55,324 nucleotides of DNA, taken from the IMG/VR virus record IMGVR_UViG_3300031673_000055, positions 1 to 55,324 of that record; one strand, given 5' to 3'. The position numbers and the translations under genes are program-made. Below are positions 19,649 through 29,720 of the stretch, piece after piece. Under the pieces are notes generated by a model. The model was not told the DNA's origin. It worked only from the letters and a program-made list of their open reading frames with translations, and did not search any database. Within the stretch, counting starts at the first letter, position 1. Each line of letters opens with the position of its first letter. Origin of the DNA: a virus (lineage: Duplodnaviria; Caudoviricetes).

Positions 19649-20026
19649 ATGAATTGGGATTTATACAAAAATTTTAGTAAATCAGAATTTGATTGCAAAC
19701 ATACAGGCAAAAATGAAATGCGCCCTGAATTTATGCAAGTTTTACAAGAAATAAGAATAGCATATAACAAACCAATGGTTATCAATTCAGGTTATAGAGA
19801 TAAGACACATCCTAAAGAAGCTAAAAAATCTACAACAGGAAGTCATCCTTTAGGCTGTGCTGCTGACATATCAATTGAAGGTGTAAATGCAATGCAGCTT
19901 ATTAATATAGCTTACAATATGGGTATAAGGCGCATAGGAGTTAATCAAAAGGGCGGTGGTAGATTTATTCATTTAGACATTGCTGATAAACTACACGGCT
20001 TCCCTCAATCAATATGGAGTTATTAA
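19649..20026 (+). CDS. Endolysin, peptidase M15 (Zn D-Ala-D-Ala peptidase fold)
   Basis: NFSKSEFDC, INSGYR, GSH..GCAADI and FIHLD motifs. Confidence 0.9.
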   Translation: MNWDLYKNFSKSEFDCKHTGKNEMRPEFMQVLQEIRIAYNKPMVINSGYRDKTHPKEAKKSTTGSHPLGCAADISIEGVNAMQLINIAYNMGIRRIGVNQKGGGRFIHLDIADKLHGFPQSIWSY

Positions 20027-20027
20027 T

Positions 20028-20492
20028 ATGCTATCAGTTGCATTATCATTATTACAATACGCCCCTGCTGCTGTAAAATTAATAGCAGGTGATAAAGCCG
20101 GTAATGTTGCAGAAAAAATTGTAAATATTGCAGAAAAAATAACAGGCAAAAAAGGCAATGAAGCTGTTGAAGCTATAAAGGAAAATCCACAGTTCGCTTT
20201 AGATTTTGAAAAATCAATTATGGATTATGAAATTGAATTGCAAAGGTTAGCCATAGAGGATAGAAAAAGCGCGAGGGAACACGACAAAGCAACTTATGGC
20301 ATAATGTTTGTAGATGTAATCCGTGGACTTGTGCGCCCAATTATTGCCTTATATTTCGCGTGGTTAATAAGTCATTGTTTGATAAAAGGCATTGAATTAT
20401 CTATTGAGCAAATGGGATTACTTGCCGCCCCCGTTATATACTATTTTGGCGAACGTGGATTCTTTAAAAATAAATCTACAAAGGATAAATAA
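20028..20492 (+). CDS. Holin (GTA 3TM-holin-like)
   Basis: DRKSARE, VRPII and YYFGERG motifs; adjacent to the endolysin. Confidence 0.8.
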   Translation: MLSVALSLLQYAPAAVKLIAGDKAGNVAEKIVNIAEKITGKKGNEAVEAIKENPQFALDFEKSIMDYEIELQRLAIEDRKSAREHDKATYGIMFVDVIRGLVRPIIALYFAWLISHCLIKGIELSIEQMGLLAAPVIYYFGERGFFKNKSTKDK

Positions 20493-20639
20493 ATGATAAA
20501 CCCTTTATTTTCACTTATAAAACGCATCAAAGAAATTATTGTTTTTATATATAAAACAGGCAGTAAAGTGCCTCAACCAGTTTATAATTGGGGTGTATTT
20601 TTTCTTATTATTATTGCTATTATATTTAACATGTTTTAA
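20493..20639 (+). CDS. 48-aa membrane peptide at the end of the lysis cassette
   Basis: ATG abuts the holin stop; C-terminal hydrophobic helix; translated by hand. Confidence 0.5.
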   Translation: MINPLFSLIKRIKEIIVFIYKTGSKVPQPVYNWGVFFLIIIAIIFNMF

Positions 20640-20830
20640 TAAATTTCTATAACATCATTATCATTATAAAAAGCAGTGCATTCAGTATCATCTTTATCTA
20701 AACAATAAAAATTTTCTTCTACATATTTTGAAGTTTTAGAAAATTTTTTCTTCTTATCTTTATTTTTAACTAAAGAAGTTTTAATAATTTCAAGATGTAA
20801 AATTTCTATATCACTTAATTGACGCGCCAC
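20636..20830 (-). CDS. Hypothetical protein
   Basis: ORF downstream of the RHH gene. Confidence 0.45.
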   Translation of the reverse strand: MARQLSDIEILHLEIIKTSLVKNKDKKKKFSKTSKYVEENFYCLDKDDTECTAFYNDNDVIEIY

Positions 20831-20861
20831 AATATATCCAATTTTTTAGATATTAATATAA

Positions 20862-21029
20862 TTAATTAGGTTTTGTAGATTTATTATCTAAAAATGATTT
20901 AAATATTTTACGCACTAATTGACTTGTTGACATATCACGCCTTTTAGCTTCATTTTCAAGCTCTTTAGATAGCGTTTCAGGTATATAAAAAGTTTTACTT
21001 TTTTGCTCATTGTTTTTTTCAGTAGTCAT
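20862..21029 (-). CDS. Ribbon-helix-helix (CopG/Arc-like) DNA-binding protein, 55 aa
   Basis: KTFYIPETLSKELENEAKRRDMSTSQLVRKIF fits the RHH pattern; absent from the ORF track. Confidence 0.75.
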   Translation of the reverse strand: MTTEKNNEQKSKTFYIPETLSKELENEAKRRDMSTSQLVRKIFKSFLDNKSTKPN

Positions 21030-21101
21030 AATGCAAATATCCCTTGTTAAATTATAGTATGTTTATATAATAATATATAATAATATGCAATATAAAAGAT
21101 T

Positions 21102-21485
21102 ATGTCAATTAATAAATTTATTATACCGTTTCCGCCAAGTGTAAACGCTAAATATAATATATCCCGTGGTAAGCGCGTAAAAAGCAAAACTGATTTAGAA
21201 TGGATAAAATCAGCAACCAACGCTATAAATCAACAAAATGTAGTACCTTTTTCAGGACGTGCATTTATCATTTATGAGTTATGCCATCCAGATAATCGTC
21301 ATAGGGATGCCGCAAATTATGAAAAAAAAGTAACTGATTTATTAGTTAGTTTAAATATCATAGCAGGGGATGATAGGCGTTATTTGAAAGGCGTAACATC
21401 CCTATGGAATGATACAAAAGGCGATTATATCACTGTTAAAATAATGAGTGTTGATAGTTTTGATTTAAACTACAACGCTCATTAA
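21102..21485 (+). CDS. rusA: RusA-family Holliday junction resolvase
   Basis: PFPPSVN, RHRDAANYEK..D and DDR motifs. Confidence 0.88.
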   Translation: MSINKFIIPFPPSVNAKYNISRGKRVKSKTDLEWIKSATNAINQQNVVPFSGRAFIIYELCHPDNRHRDAANYEKKVTDLLVSLNIIAGDDRRYLKGVTSLWNDTKGDYITVKIMSVDSFDLNYNAH

Positions 21486-21495
21486 TCTATTACAA

Positions 21496-22191
21496 TTACT
21501 TCCTGTTATTTTGCCAAGCTTGAACGCACACAGGAACAACTGGCTTAATTAATTCTAACATTGCATCTGCATAAACTCTTATCTCATATTGTGCATGTTC
21601 ATGCGTTCTAAGTGTTAGGAATTTTAACAAATTTAATAAATTCATAGTTACAAACATATGGCTGTATGTTGAAACTGGCAAAACAGTTCTTGCTAATTCT
21701 CGAGGCCATCCACTTTCAAGTAAATCACGATACAATTCAAATGCTAATTCATTTTGATTGCGTAACAATTCAGTTTCGCATTTACGAAGTGACAAATTGT
21801 TTTTATCAGTATTATTAACGTCCCTTGCTTGTTTACTGCTTTTTGATTGCTTGCCGATTAATTCAGGATTAGGAATGTAAAATTCTTCAGGTAATTCTTT
21901 ATAACGTGCGGATAGCTCATTAATACTTTGCGTTCTATGCCTATGCCATTGCCTAAATACAAATATAGGGGCCTTAACTTCAAACGTGAATGTTACCGCT
22001 TCAAATGGCGTTGTATGATAGTTTTTCCATAAGTAATTGATTAACTTTGCATCGCCTTGTGTATCATCTCCAGCGCGCCATGCGGCATCATAACTAACCC
22101 TTGCAGCTCTTACAACTGATACGTCACTCCCCATGTGGTCAACAAGTCTAACAAACCCGTGGTCAAGTACATTTATTTTATTATTTTTCAT
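21496..22191 (-). CDS. thyX: Flavin-dependent thymidylate synthase
   Basis: AARVSY, H.TPFE, RQWHRHR.QSINELSARY and HAQYEIR motifs. Confidence 0.96.
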   Translation of the reverse strand: MKNNKINVLDHGFVRLVDHMGSDVSVVRAARVSYDAAWRAGDDTQGDAKLINYLWKNYHTTPFEAVTFTFEVKAPIFVFRQWHRHRTQSINELSARYKELPEEFYIPNPELIGKQSKSSKQARDVNNTDKNNLSLRKCETELLRNQNELAFELYRDLLESGWPRELARTVLPVSTYSHMFVTMNLLNLLKFLTLRTHEHAQYEIRVYADAMLELIKPVVPVCVQAWQNNRK

Positions 22192-22399
22192 TTTCTAATT
22201 CCTGAATTATTTTATCTAAATACCATTTAGCTTTAATTAAATCTTCCAATTTATTTTTATGTTCTGCCCTTGATACATATTTAATAACATTGCCAAGTGC
22301 AAAACCTTTTAAGGCTTGACTTGACAATTTAGCTTTTAAATAATCCCACGTTTCAATACCACCAACTTTGTAATGATTTGGATTAATGTTATCTGCCAT
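22181..22399 (-). CDS. DUF3310-family protein
   Basis: NPNHY..GGIE...GNVIKY..R..HKN..EDL.KAKWYL. Confidence 0.9.
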   Translation of the reverse strand: MADNINPNHYKVGGIETWDYLKAKLSSQALKGFALGNVIKYVSRAEHKNKLEDLIKAKWYLDKIIQELENEK

Positions 22400-22400
22400 A

Positions 22401-23519
22401 TTAAACCTTCATACCCATAATTAAATAAATTTCATTCGGATTATTTTGATTTAAAATACTGCAAGGAATGCCGTTATCGTTAAAATTAACAGTTACATTT
22501 AAACTATCAATATTTGATAGCGTTTCTATTAAATATTTAAAATTAAATCCGCGTTCAATTGATTCAATCTCACTTTCAATTTCAATAATTTCTTCGGCTT
22601 GCCCTTCAGTTTCACTTGATGCGGTTAATTTTAATTCATTTTTTGATACAAATATTTTAATACCGTTTTCTTTATCACTTGATGCAATAGAAATTCTATC
22701 AATAGCTCTTAAAAGTAACTCACGGTTAATTCCTAAAATATTACTAGCACTTTTTGGAATAATTCTATCAACGTCAGGAAAGTTTCCATCTACTAATTTT
22801 GATATAAAATGCAAAGAACCTTGAGTAATTGATATTTTTTTATCAGATACTTCAATATTTAATTCAATTGCACTATTTTCAAATATTTTTGAAATAATAC
22901 CAACTGATTTTAAAGGCACTATAATATTAGGAAAATTTTCTAAAGTTTCAGTTAATGTTATAAAATTCTTTGCAAGCTTATGTCCATTTGTTGCGTGTGC
23001 AATTAAATTATTTTCTTCTACTTTTAGATTAACCCCTTGCAAATAATACCTAGCTTCTTCGGTTGACATTGCAAATTTAGTTTTATTTAATAATGATAAA
23101 AATTCAAGCGGTGCAATGTTTAATTTGCAATCCATATCGTTTTTTTCAACAATTGGGAAATCATCTGAGTTTAAACAAGGTAATGTAAATTTACAACCTT
23201 TTGATTTAATCTGAACGCGCCCACTTTCTGCATCGCCTCTTATCGCAATATCATCATCGCCTGACATTTTGCGAACTATCTCATATAATTTTCTTGCACT
23301 TAAAGTTAAAGTGCCTTCAACATCAACTGTTGCTTTTGCAGTTTCCGAAATAGAAATATCCATATCGGTTGCAGTAATTGTAATTTTATCATTTGTTGCA
23401 TCAATTTTAACATTAGATAAAATTTCTAAAGTATTTTTACTAGCAACAACCATTTGCACCTTTCCAAGGGCGTTTGATAACGCTGCTTTTGATATTTTTA
23501 CACTTATGGAATTATTCAT
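22401..23519 (-). CDS. dnaN: DNA polymerase III beta sliding clamp
   Basis: 372 aa; ATDMDI, AMSTEEARYYLQGV, ATNGHKLA, SKLVDGNFPD and GFNFKYL motifs. Confidence 0.95.
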   Translation of the reverse strand: MNNSISVKISKAALSNALGKVQMVVASKNTLEILSNVKIDATNDKITITATDMDISISETAKATVDVEGTLTLSARKLYEIVRKMSGDDDIAIRGDAESGRVQIKSKGCKFTLPCLNSDDFPIVEKNDMDCKLNIAPLEFLSLLNKTKFAMSTEEARYYLQGVNLKVEENNLIAHATNGHKLAKNFITLTETLENFPNIIVPLKSVGIISKIFENSAIELNIEVSDKKISITQGSLHFISKLVDGNFPDVDRIIPKSASNILGINRELLLRAIDRISIASSDKENGIKIFVSKNELKLTASSETEGQAEEIIEIESEIESIERGFNFKYLIETLSNIDSLNVTVNFNDNGIPCSILNQNNPNEIYLIMGMKV

Positions 23520-23761
23520 TTGTTTTTTTCCTTTTCTAATTTTAATAATTTTTCTTTTAACTTTTTATTTTCTTCTTCTAAATCACAAACGTCACTTTCT
23601 AAACTATCAATGTGATTTTGTAAGTCTGAAATTTCATTATTTAAAGCTTTAATTTGATTATATTCACCTTTAATAATATGATTAAATTCATCCCTTGTAA
23701 GTGTAATTGAGTTTTTATAACCCAATCTTATATCTAAATTCATTAAAAAATTATCTGCCAT
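23516..23761 (-). CDS. Coiled-coil hypothetical protein
   Basis: Heptad pattern; promoter/operator at 23794-23810 upstream. Confidence 0.55.
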   Translation of the reverse strand: MADNFLMNLDIRLGYKNSITLTRDEFNHIIKGEYNQIKALNNEISDLQNHIDSLESDVCDLEEENKKLKEKLLKLEKEKNK

Positions 23762-23837
23762 TTTTAAACCTTTTTTATTATGATTATTATTTTATAATAT
23801 AATCTATTATAATTTACAACAACTAAATTAATTATTT

Positions 23838-24047
23838 TTAATATGGGATTGTATCAAAAATTTCCCATGCCTCACACCCACTTATTATTACATGTTGTGG
23901 AGGCTGTTGGTAATTAGCAAGTTTACATCCGTCTTTCCAATTAACGCAAGATATACACCCTTGCTGGACTTCTAAACTTTCAATAAAAGCTTTTAAATTT
24001 TCTAAAGAGTTTAGTAACTCCTTTTGTTGCGTAGCATCTATTTTCAT
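23838..24047 (-). CDS. Small Cys-containing phage protein
   Basis: CISC...C...PP....GC..W...IPY pattern. Confidence 0.6.
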   Translation of the reverse strand: MKIDATQQKELLNSLENLKAFIESLEVQQGCISCVNWKDGCKLANYQQPPQHVIISGCEAWEIFDTIPY

Positions 24048-24066
24048 TTTTATATTTCCATGGTTG

Positions 24067-24390
24067 TTAATTTATAAAAGTATCAAAAATTAAACTTTCT
24101 ATACGTTCTAATTCTGATTTTTTTAATGGCTTTTGCTTAATTAGTAAATGCCTTGTGCTTTTATTTTTACCTTCTAAACTATCAAGATAAATTCGTTTAA
24201 ATGCGTTTAAAACAATGCTATACTCTAAATTTGCATATTCACAAACCAGTTTGCATTTATTGCTTTTAGCCCATGTGTAATGCCATTTTGCGCCCCTTTG
24301 CTCATTTATTATAACGTCTAAATTTGCGCTTGCGTCAAGGGCAGCCTTGCAAATAACTGCCCTCCATAGTTTTATTTCAGAAGCTTCCAT
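24067..24390 (-). CDS. Hypothetical phage protein
   Basis: LWRAVI..A..DA motif seen in many phage proteins. Confidence 0.6.
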   Translation of the reverse strand: MEASEIKLWRAVICKAALDASANLDVIINEQRGAKWHYTWAKSNKCKLVCEYANLEYSIVLNAFKRIYLDSLEGKNKSTRHLLIKQKPLKKSELERIESLIFDTFIN

Positions 24391-24398
24391 TTTTTTAC

Positions 24399-25274
24399 CT
24401 ATAAATCAAATAAACCAGGGGATTTAATCGTAACATTTGATATGTTTTTAACTGCCTGATTAAAATAACTTTCTTTTAATTCACAACCAATAAATTTACG
24501 CCCCTTTTCAATAGCAACGTAACCTTCACTGCCAATACCCATAAATGGAGATAGAACAACATCATTAGGATTACTCCAAAGGTCAATACCGCGCTCAATA
24601 ACTTGTAATTGTAGAGGGCATATATGACGTTCATCATCATTTTCTCTTGCGCTTCTATATTGTAATGTTTTTGAAGGGTTAATATCAGTCCATATTGGGC
24701 TTGCATATTTTTGCCATATTCCCACAGGGAAGCTTTCATTTGTATGGGTTATAGGCTCTTCGTTTTCTCCAGGTTTTCGCATTGTTACTAAATAATCAGG
24801 TATTCCCTGCCTTGACATTGCACTATCTTTTTTTATCTGCTTATGCAATAATCCAAGTGCTTTAGTGCGCTGCATGGCAACTACAGGGTCTTTCCATATA
24901 CAAACTTCCGAATGATATATAAAACCCGCATCTTGATAAGCCCTAATTATATCGCCTCTAAAATCAGTTATACCTATCATTCCGTCACGTTGCTTACTTG
25001 TTGGTAAATTCATACAATGTATGGAAACTAAACGTCCGGCTTTTTGTATGCGGAACTGGTGTTTTATCATAAATTTGTAATGTTCCCAAAATTCGCCATA
25101 TGTTTTACTATTTCCTAAGTCGCGTTCAGAATTGGAATAAGTATACAATGACGCAAAAGGCGGACTGAAAATCTGATAATGAATGGAGTTTTCAGGTAAC
25201 TCTTGCAAAACTTCGCAACTATCCCCATGATATAATGTGTAATTATCGTGTGAAACTTGATTAAATGCTTTCAT
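24399..25274 (-). CDS. N6-A/N4-C DNA methyltransferase (beta class)
   Basis: FSPPF (motif IV) precedes SPFMGIGS (motif I); HICPLQL; GCELKESYF. Confidence 0.93.
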   Translation of the reverse strand: MKAFNQVSHDNYTLYHGDSCEVLQELPENSIHYQIFSPPFASLYTYSNSERDLGNSKTYGEFWEHYKFMIKHQFRIQKAGRLVSIHCMNLPTSKQRDGMIGITDFRGDIIRAYQDAGFIYHSEVCIWKDPVVAMQRTKALGLLHKQIKKDSAMSRQGIPDYLVTMRKPGENEEPITHTNESFPVGIWQKYASPIWTDINPSKTLQYRSARENDDERHICPLQLQVIERGIDLWSNPNDVVLSPFMGIGSEGYVAIEKGRKFIGCELKESYFNQAVKNISNVTIKSPGLFDL

Positions 25275-25278
25275 TATT

Positions 25279-26652
25279 TTATTCTCCTAAAAATGATGGG
25301 ATTGTTATTTCTTTAGTTGGTAAATATTCAGTTTTATTTGCTTTTGTGCTACGGATTTCTTTGCTTTGTAAATCAATCATATTAGCAATCATAGAGTCAC
25401 GCATATAAATAGCATCTTTTTCTTTTCTTTGAATGTTAGCAAGTACATTACCTTCAGTTTCAGCAATAACAATATGCACATGCACCTCATTTTTCTGCCC
25501 AAATCTATAACAACGTCTAACAGATTGATAAAATGATTCATATGAATCAGATAATCCAAGGAAAATCATATTATGGCATCGTTGCCAGTTCATTCCAAAT
25601 CCTGCAATTTTTGGTTTAGTGGTTATACTGTCAATTTCACCGCTTGCAAATCCAAGGAGTTTTTTTTCCTTAATATCAGACTTATCACTGCCAGTTATTT
25701 CAATGCATTTTGTATTTTTCTTTATATATTCAGATTCCCCATTTCTATCGCACCATACAAGCCAACTATCATCGCTTTCATTTATTATTTCAGCAGCTTT
25801 TTTAGCTCTTAAATCAATAGTTGCGCTGCGCTGTTTTATTCTTTCTTGCAATCCGCTTGCTTGCACGGGAAATAAATATCCAACGGTTGGAGTATCAACT
25901 GAGCATATATGTTGATGGTAATGAATATTTGGCAATTCAAATCCTTCATTGCTATAGCCTAAATCACTTGGCTTACTTATCATAACTGCCCAAGAACAAA
26001 CCCAATTCCAAAAAGCCTCTTTTGCATGACCTTTTAAACGCCATTTTGAAGTTTCACCGCCATCATGCACAAAAAACATAGATAACATTTCTTCTCGGCT
26101 CATAGCCCCCACGAATTCAGAGTGATTGCCAAGCTCCATAATATCATTTGGTGAAGGTGTAGCAGTGCATGCAAGCCTATATTGTACATTGCGGATATTA
26201 GTTAATATTTGCGTTCTAATTTTACCAGAAAAACTTTTTATTATTGACGATTCATCGCATACTATTCCGTCAAACTTTGTAAAATCAAAATTATCTAATC
26301 TTTCATAATTGGTTATATTTAAACCATTTATTACTTCTGATTGATTAATTACATATTTAATATCAACATCTAAATTAGTTTTTGCCTCTAAAATTGTTTG
26401 ACTAGCAACTGCCAATGGGGCTAATAATAATACAGGTTTTTTAGTATTTAAATGCACATGCTTAGCCCATTCAACCTGCATGCCTGTTTTTCCCATTCCA
26501 CAATCTGCAAATATAGCACATCGCCCCTTTCTTAAAGCCCATTTAACAATATCAGCTTGATACGGAAATAGCCATTTGTTTACATTATCAACTTCAATTC
26601 CTTTAGAATTAAATGTAAATTCTTTTTTACTTAAAAAAGTTTGATAATCCAT
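25279..26652 (-). CDS. SNF2-like SF2 helicase
   Basis: GMGKT, DESS, TATP, GFGMNWQ and QSVRRCYRFGQ motifs. Confidence 0.92.
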   Translation of the reverse strand: MDYQTFLSKKEFTFNSKGIEVDNVNKWLFPYQADIVKWALRKGRCAIFADCGMGKTGMQVEWAKHVHLNTKKPVLLLAPLAVASQTILEAKTNLDVDIKYVINQSEVINGLNITNYERLDNFDFTKFDGIVCDESSIIKSFSGKIRTQILTNIRNVQYRLACTATPSPNDIMELGNHSEFVGAMSREEMLSMFFVHDGGETSKWRLKGHAKEAFWNWVCSWAVMISKPSDLGYSNEGFELPNIHYHQHICSVDTPTVGYLFPVQASGLQERIKQRSATIDLRAKKAAEIINESDDSWLVWCDRNGESEYIKKNTKCIEITGSDKSDIKEKKLLGFASGEIDSITTKPKIAGFGMNWQRCHNMIFLGLSDSYESFYQSVRRCYRFGQKNEVHVHIVIAETEGNVLANIQRKEKDAIYMRDSMIANMIDLQSKEIRSTKANKTEYLPTKEITIPSFLGE

Positions 26653-26894
26653 TATTTACTTCCTGTTTTTAATTTATTTAATGATTTTCTTAATGTCTTT
26701 GCTTTGCGTTTAATTTTTATATCAGAAAATAAATCACTAATTAAATAATTTAAATTACTAAATAAAGATTGCTTAACGCATATTGATTTATAAGCAGTGC
26801 AATCAGATAATTTATAATTATAAGTTAAATCAGCTCGCCAAGTTGAATTACTTATTGGTAAATTAACTTGTTTTTTATTTTTTAAACAATTCAT
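26652..26894 (-). CDS. Hypothetical basic protein
   Basis: TAATG coupling to the helicase gene. Confidence 0.5.
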   Translation of the reverse strand: MNCLKNKKQVNLPISNSTWRADLTYNYKLSDCTAYKSICVKQSLFSNLNYLISDLFSDIKIKRKAKTLRKSLNKLKTGSK

Positions 26895-26896
26895 AA

Positions 26897-27109
26897 TTAA
26901 TCCTTTTTACATTTTGATATTTCTATAATTTTAAAATTATTATATTTAGGTATTTTTGCATTTATCAAAGAATTATTAAGTAAACTTAATATAATTGGTT
27001 TATCAACATTATTAATTAATGAACTATTATAAATATGAGAAATAGCACCTTTTAACCTTAAAATTTCCCAGTTACGCGTCCTTGCTGCTTTTTGATTTTC
27101 AGTTTGCAT
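26897..27109 (-). CDS. Hypothetical protein
   Basis: Overlaps the upstream gene in the operon. Confidence 0.5.
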   Translation of the reverse strand: MQTENQKAARTRNWEILRLKGAISHIYNSSLINNVDKPIILSLLNNSLINAKIPKYNNFKIIEISKCKKD

Positions 27110-27551
27110 TTTTTTTACTTTCTTCAGCTTTAATTAAATGTTTTGCCATGTGCTTTTTGGCAATCGGCATAATTAACGACTTGTGTTCAGTCCACCAATC
27201 TGCTGCCCTTTTATCCATTAATTTAATTCTTGATTTTTTCAACTTATCCCAATCCTCGATTTTATGCAGCTCGCAACCTATTTTCATGTGCGTACCGGCA
27301 ATAATAATATTCCAAGGTTGAAAGCCAGAAAATTGAATTGGCTGTAAATATATTAATTCTTCGTTAAAACATTTTGCACCAGCCAGATTTGCACTTGTTA
27401 GATTTACACCCTCAAGATTTGCACCAACCTTCGCCGCCTCTTCAATAACAAAGCCAAGCTGCAAACTATATTCTTTTTTCGCTATTTCGACAGGTAATTC
27501 ACGTTCAAACTGAACAGCATTTGTAAATCTATTTTTTATTTGAAATATCAT
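27099..27551 (-). CDS. Pentapeptide-repeat-containing phage protein
   Basis: IKNRFT N-terminus, ANLEG/VNLTS/ANLAG repeats, IGCELH..W motif. Confidence 0.8.
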   Translation of the reverse strand: MIFQIKNRFTNAVQFERELPVEIAKKEYSLQLGFVIEEAAKVGANLEGVNLTSANLAGAKCFNEELIYLQPIQFSGFQPWNIIIAGTHMKIGCELHKIEDWDKLKKSRIKLMDKRAADWWTEHKSLIMPIAKKHMAKHLIKAEESKKNAN

Positions 27552-27643
27552 TTTTTTAATCCTTTATATTTTTTATTAACCTAATAATTATTTTATAATA
27601 GGTTTTATTATACAAGTCAATAGGCTTGATTGATTTATTTTAA

Positions 27644-29296
27644 TTAAAATTCAAAATCCGTTATTTCCATGTATTTGCCTGATTTTTTAGCAAATAAAGC
27701 TTTTGGTAATGTAAACTTATCACGGATTGAAAAGGCTTGATTTGTATCTTGTGGAATATCATAAACTCCCCTAGATTTACACCATTTAATAACAACTCCT
27801 TTAGCCCCTGATTTAGGACTTGAAAAAGGCACAAACTCACTAGCAATTAAACCAAATAAATCATAATAAGACACGCGTAAACAAGGATAGCCGGAAGGGC
27901 CTGTATGACTTTTATATATAACTCTTGTTATATCAAATCTTTCAGGTTTAATTTCTGAACTCATTATAGCAGCATTCGTTGCTGCATGAGTATGTTTTGG
28001 TTTATCGTTAAATTCAAATATATGCCCGCATTGACACTCTCTAACAACTATATGCACAGGCTCACGACAATTTGGGCAGGTTTTTTGCGGTGGAATTTGA
28101 GGCTTACCATCATCATTTTTATTACTTTTTTTATGAGGCATTTGAATTAAATCAACCGCTCCAAATCTCTCTATATTTCCAGCGTAATCCAATATTAAAC
28201 AATTCTTTTTTGTTCCGTTAGCTATTGCTGCAATTCTTCCTTCATCGGTTTCTAAATCGTAACCTTGCGCGTAAACAGGCCTTGCACCCCGCCCGCAAAT
28301 TTGAATATAAAGAGAACTTGATTTAGTGGGGCGTAATAAAACGAGGCAATCAGCATTTGGTAAATCAGTTCCGGTTGTTAAAACTTCATTATTAACAAGC
28401 GCATATCTTGTTTTTGAATTTCTAAATTTATTTAATAATCTTATACGTTCAATTTCAGGTGTTGCACCTGTTATAATATCAGCATCCCATCCCCTTAGTT
28501 TTAATTCATCCAATACATGATAACTATGGTCAATACCAGCGCAGAAAAACATAAAATGCTTTCTATCTTTTGCTAATTGTTGAACTTCATCAATTGCCGC
28601 TTTTGTTAATTCGTAATTATCCATTGCCGTTTTCATTTGCTCGGCTGTAAATTCACCTTTTAATTTTTCAAATTTTGACAAATCACCTTGAATTAAACTA
28701 TTTTTACTAATAAGCGGCGATAAAAACCCGCGTTTTACTAAATATCCTAATCCAATATCATATATAATATCAGTAAATATTGCATTTTTCTGATTGATTA
28801 AACTACCCCCTATTTCACGCCAAGGGGTTGCAGAAAAGCCAATTACTTTTAAATAAGGATTCTGTTTTTTTAATTCATTTATAAGCGTCATATACATTCC
28901 GTCATCTTTTGGGCTTAGTAAATGCGCTTCATCTACTAATAAAAATGCCCTACGGCCTAATATATGCGCTTTTTTATATATGGATTGAATACTAACACAA
29001 ACAACATCTGCCCACGGTTGACGCTTTCCGAGTCCTGCGCTATAAATGCCAGCAGGGGCATCTTTCCATTGGGTTATTATTTTCTGATAATTTTGCGATA
29101 CAAGACTTGCAACATGAGTTGCCATAACTATGCGCTCATTTGGATAAGCTTGCAATACTTGCCTCACAAATTCAGCAATAATATGTGATTTACCCGCGCC
29201 TGTTGCAGCACTAATTATAGGGTTTCCTTTATTGCCATCATCATAATAATCAAAAATAGATTTAACAGCATCCCTCTGGTAATCGCGCGATTTCAT
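27644..29296 (-). CDS. DEAH SF2 helicase with zinc finger (RadD/YejH-like)
   Basis: TGAGKS, DEAH, SATP, VLTTGTD, QICGRG, LDYAGN and CPNC..CQCG motifs. Confidence 0.92.
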   Translation of the reverse strand: MKSRDYQRDAVKSIFDYYDDGNKGNPIISAATGAGKSHIIAEFVRQVLQAYPNERIVMATHVASLVSQNYQKIITQWKDAPAGIYSAGLGKRQPWADVVCVSIQSIYKKAHILGRRAFLLVDEAHLLSPKDDGMYMTLINELKKQNPYLKVIGFSATPWREIGGSLINQKNAIFTDIIYDIGLGYLVKRGFLSPLISKNSLIQGDLSKFEKLKGEFTAEQMKTAMDNYELTKAAIDEVQQLAKDRKHFMFFCAGIDHSYHVLDELKLRGWDADIITGATPEIERIRLLNKFRNSKTRYALVNNEVLTTGTDLPNADCLVLLRPTKSSSLYIQICGRGARPVYAQGYDLETDEGRIAAIANGTKKNCLILDYAGNIERFGAVDLIQMPHKKSNKNDDGKPQIPPQKTCPNCREPVHIVVRECQCGHIFEFNDKPKHTHAATNAAIMSSEIKPERFDITRVIYKSHTGPSGYPCLRVSYYDLFGLIASEFVPFSSPKSGAKGVVIKWCKSRGVYDIPQDTNQAFSIRDKFTLPKALFAKKSGKYMEITDFEF

Positions 29297-29551
29297 TTAT
29301 TTATCACTTTCAAAAACAACTTTATTAATTGCATCAAGTCGCAATGGTTTTCCTTTTAAATCAGGATAAAGTTGATAAACTTTCTGCCAAAATTCATTAT
29401 TTAATTTTAATTGATTTTCGAAAGATTTTTTGGCTTTTTTAAAACCAAATGGTAATTTAACATAAAGATTGCCCATTGCGTTATAAGCATTTGATTCATT
29501 TGATATATCAATTAATTCTTGCGGTATTGTGTAGGTTTTTATATCTGTCAT
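29297..29551 (-). CDS. Hypothetical protein
   Basis: FW..V..LYP motif; start adjusted to the ATG at 29551. Confidence 0.55.
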   Translation of the reverse strand: MTDIKTYTIPQELIDISNESNAYNAMGNLYVKLPFGFKKAKKSFENQLKLNNEFWQKVYQLYPDLKGKPLRLDAINKVVFESDK

Positions 29552-29555
29552 ATTG

Positions 29556-29720
29556 TTATTTAATTTTATTGTTAATTTCAATAGCTACTTCATCGCATGT
29601 TTTATTACTTATTAAAGCAAATTGATTAGGATTAAATAAAATTTTACATCCTTTTTCACTAGGCATTAAAAAAGATATATTAGCCGCTATTAGCCAAGCT
29701 CCAAAGATGTTTATCAGCAT
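29556..29720 (-). CDS. Hypothetical protein (54 aa)
   Basis: AAGGA RBS; MLINIFGAWL...; translated by hand. Confidence 0.45.
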   Translation of the reverse strand: MLINIFGAWLIAANISFLMPSEKGCKILFNPNQFALISNKTCDEVAIEINNKIK

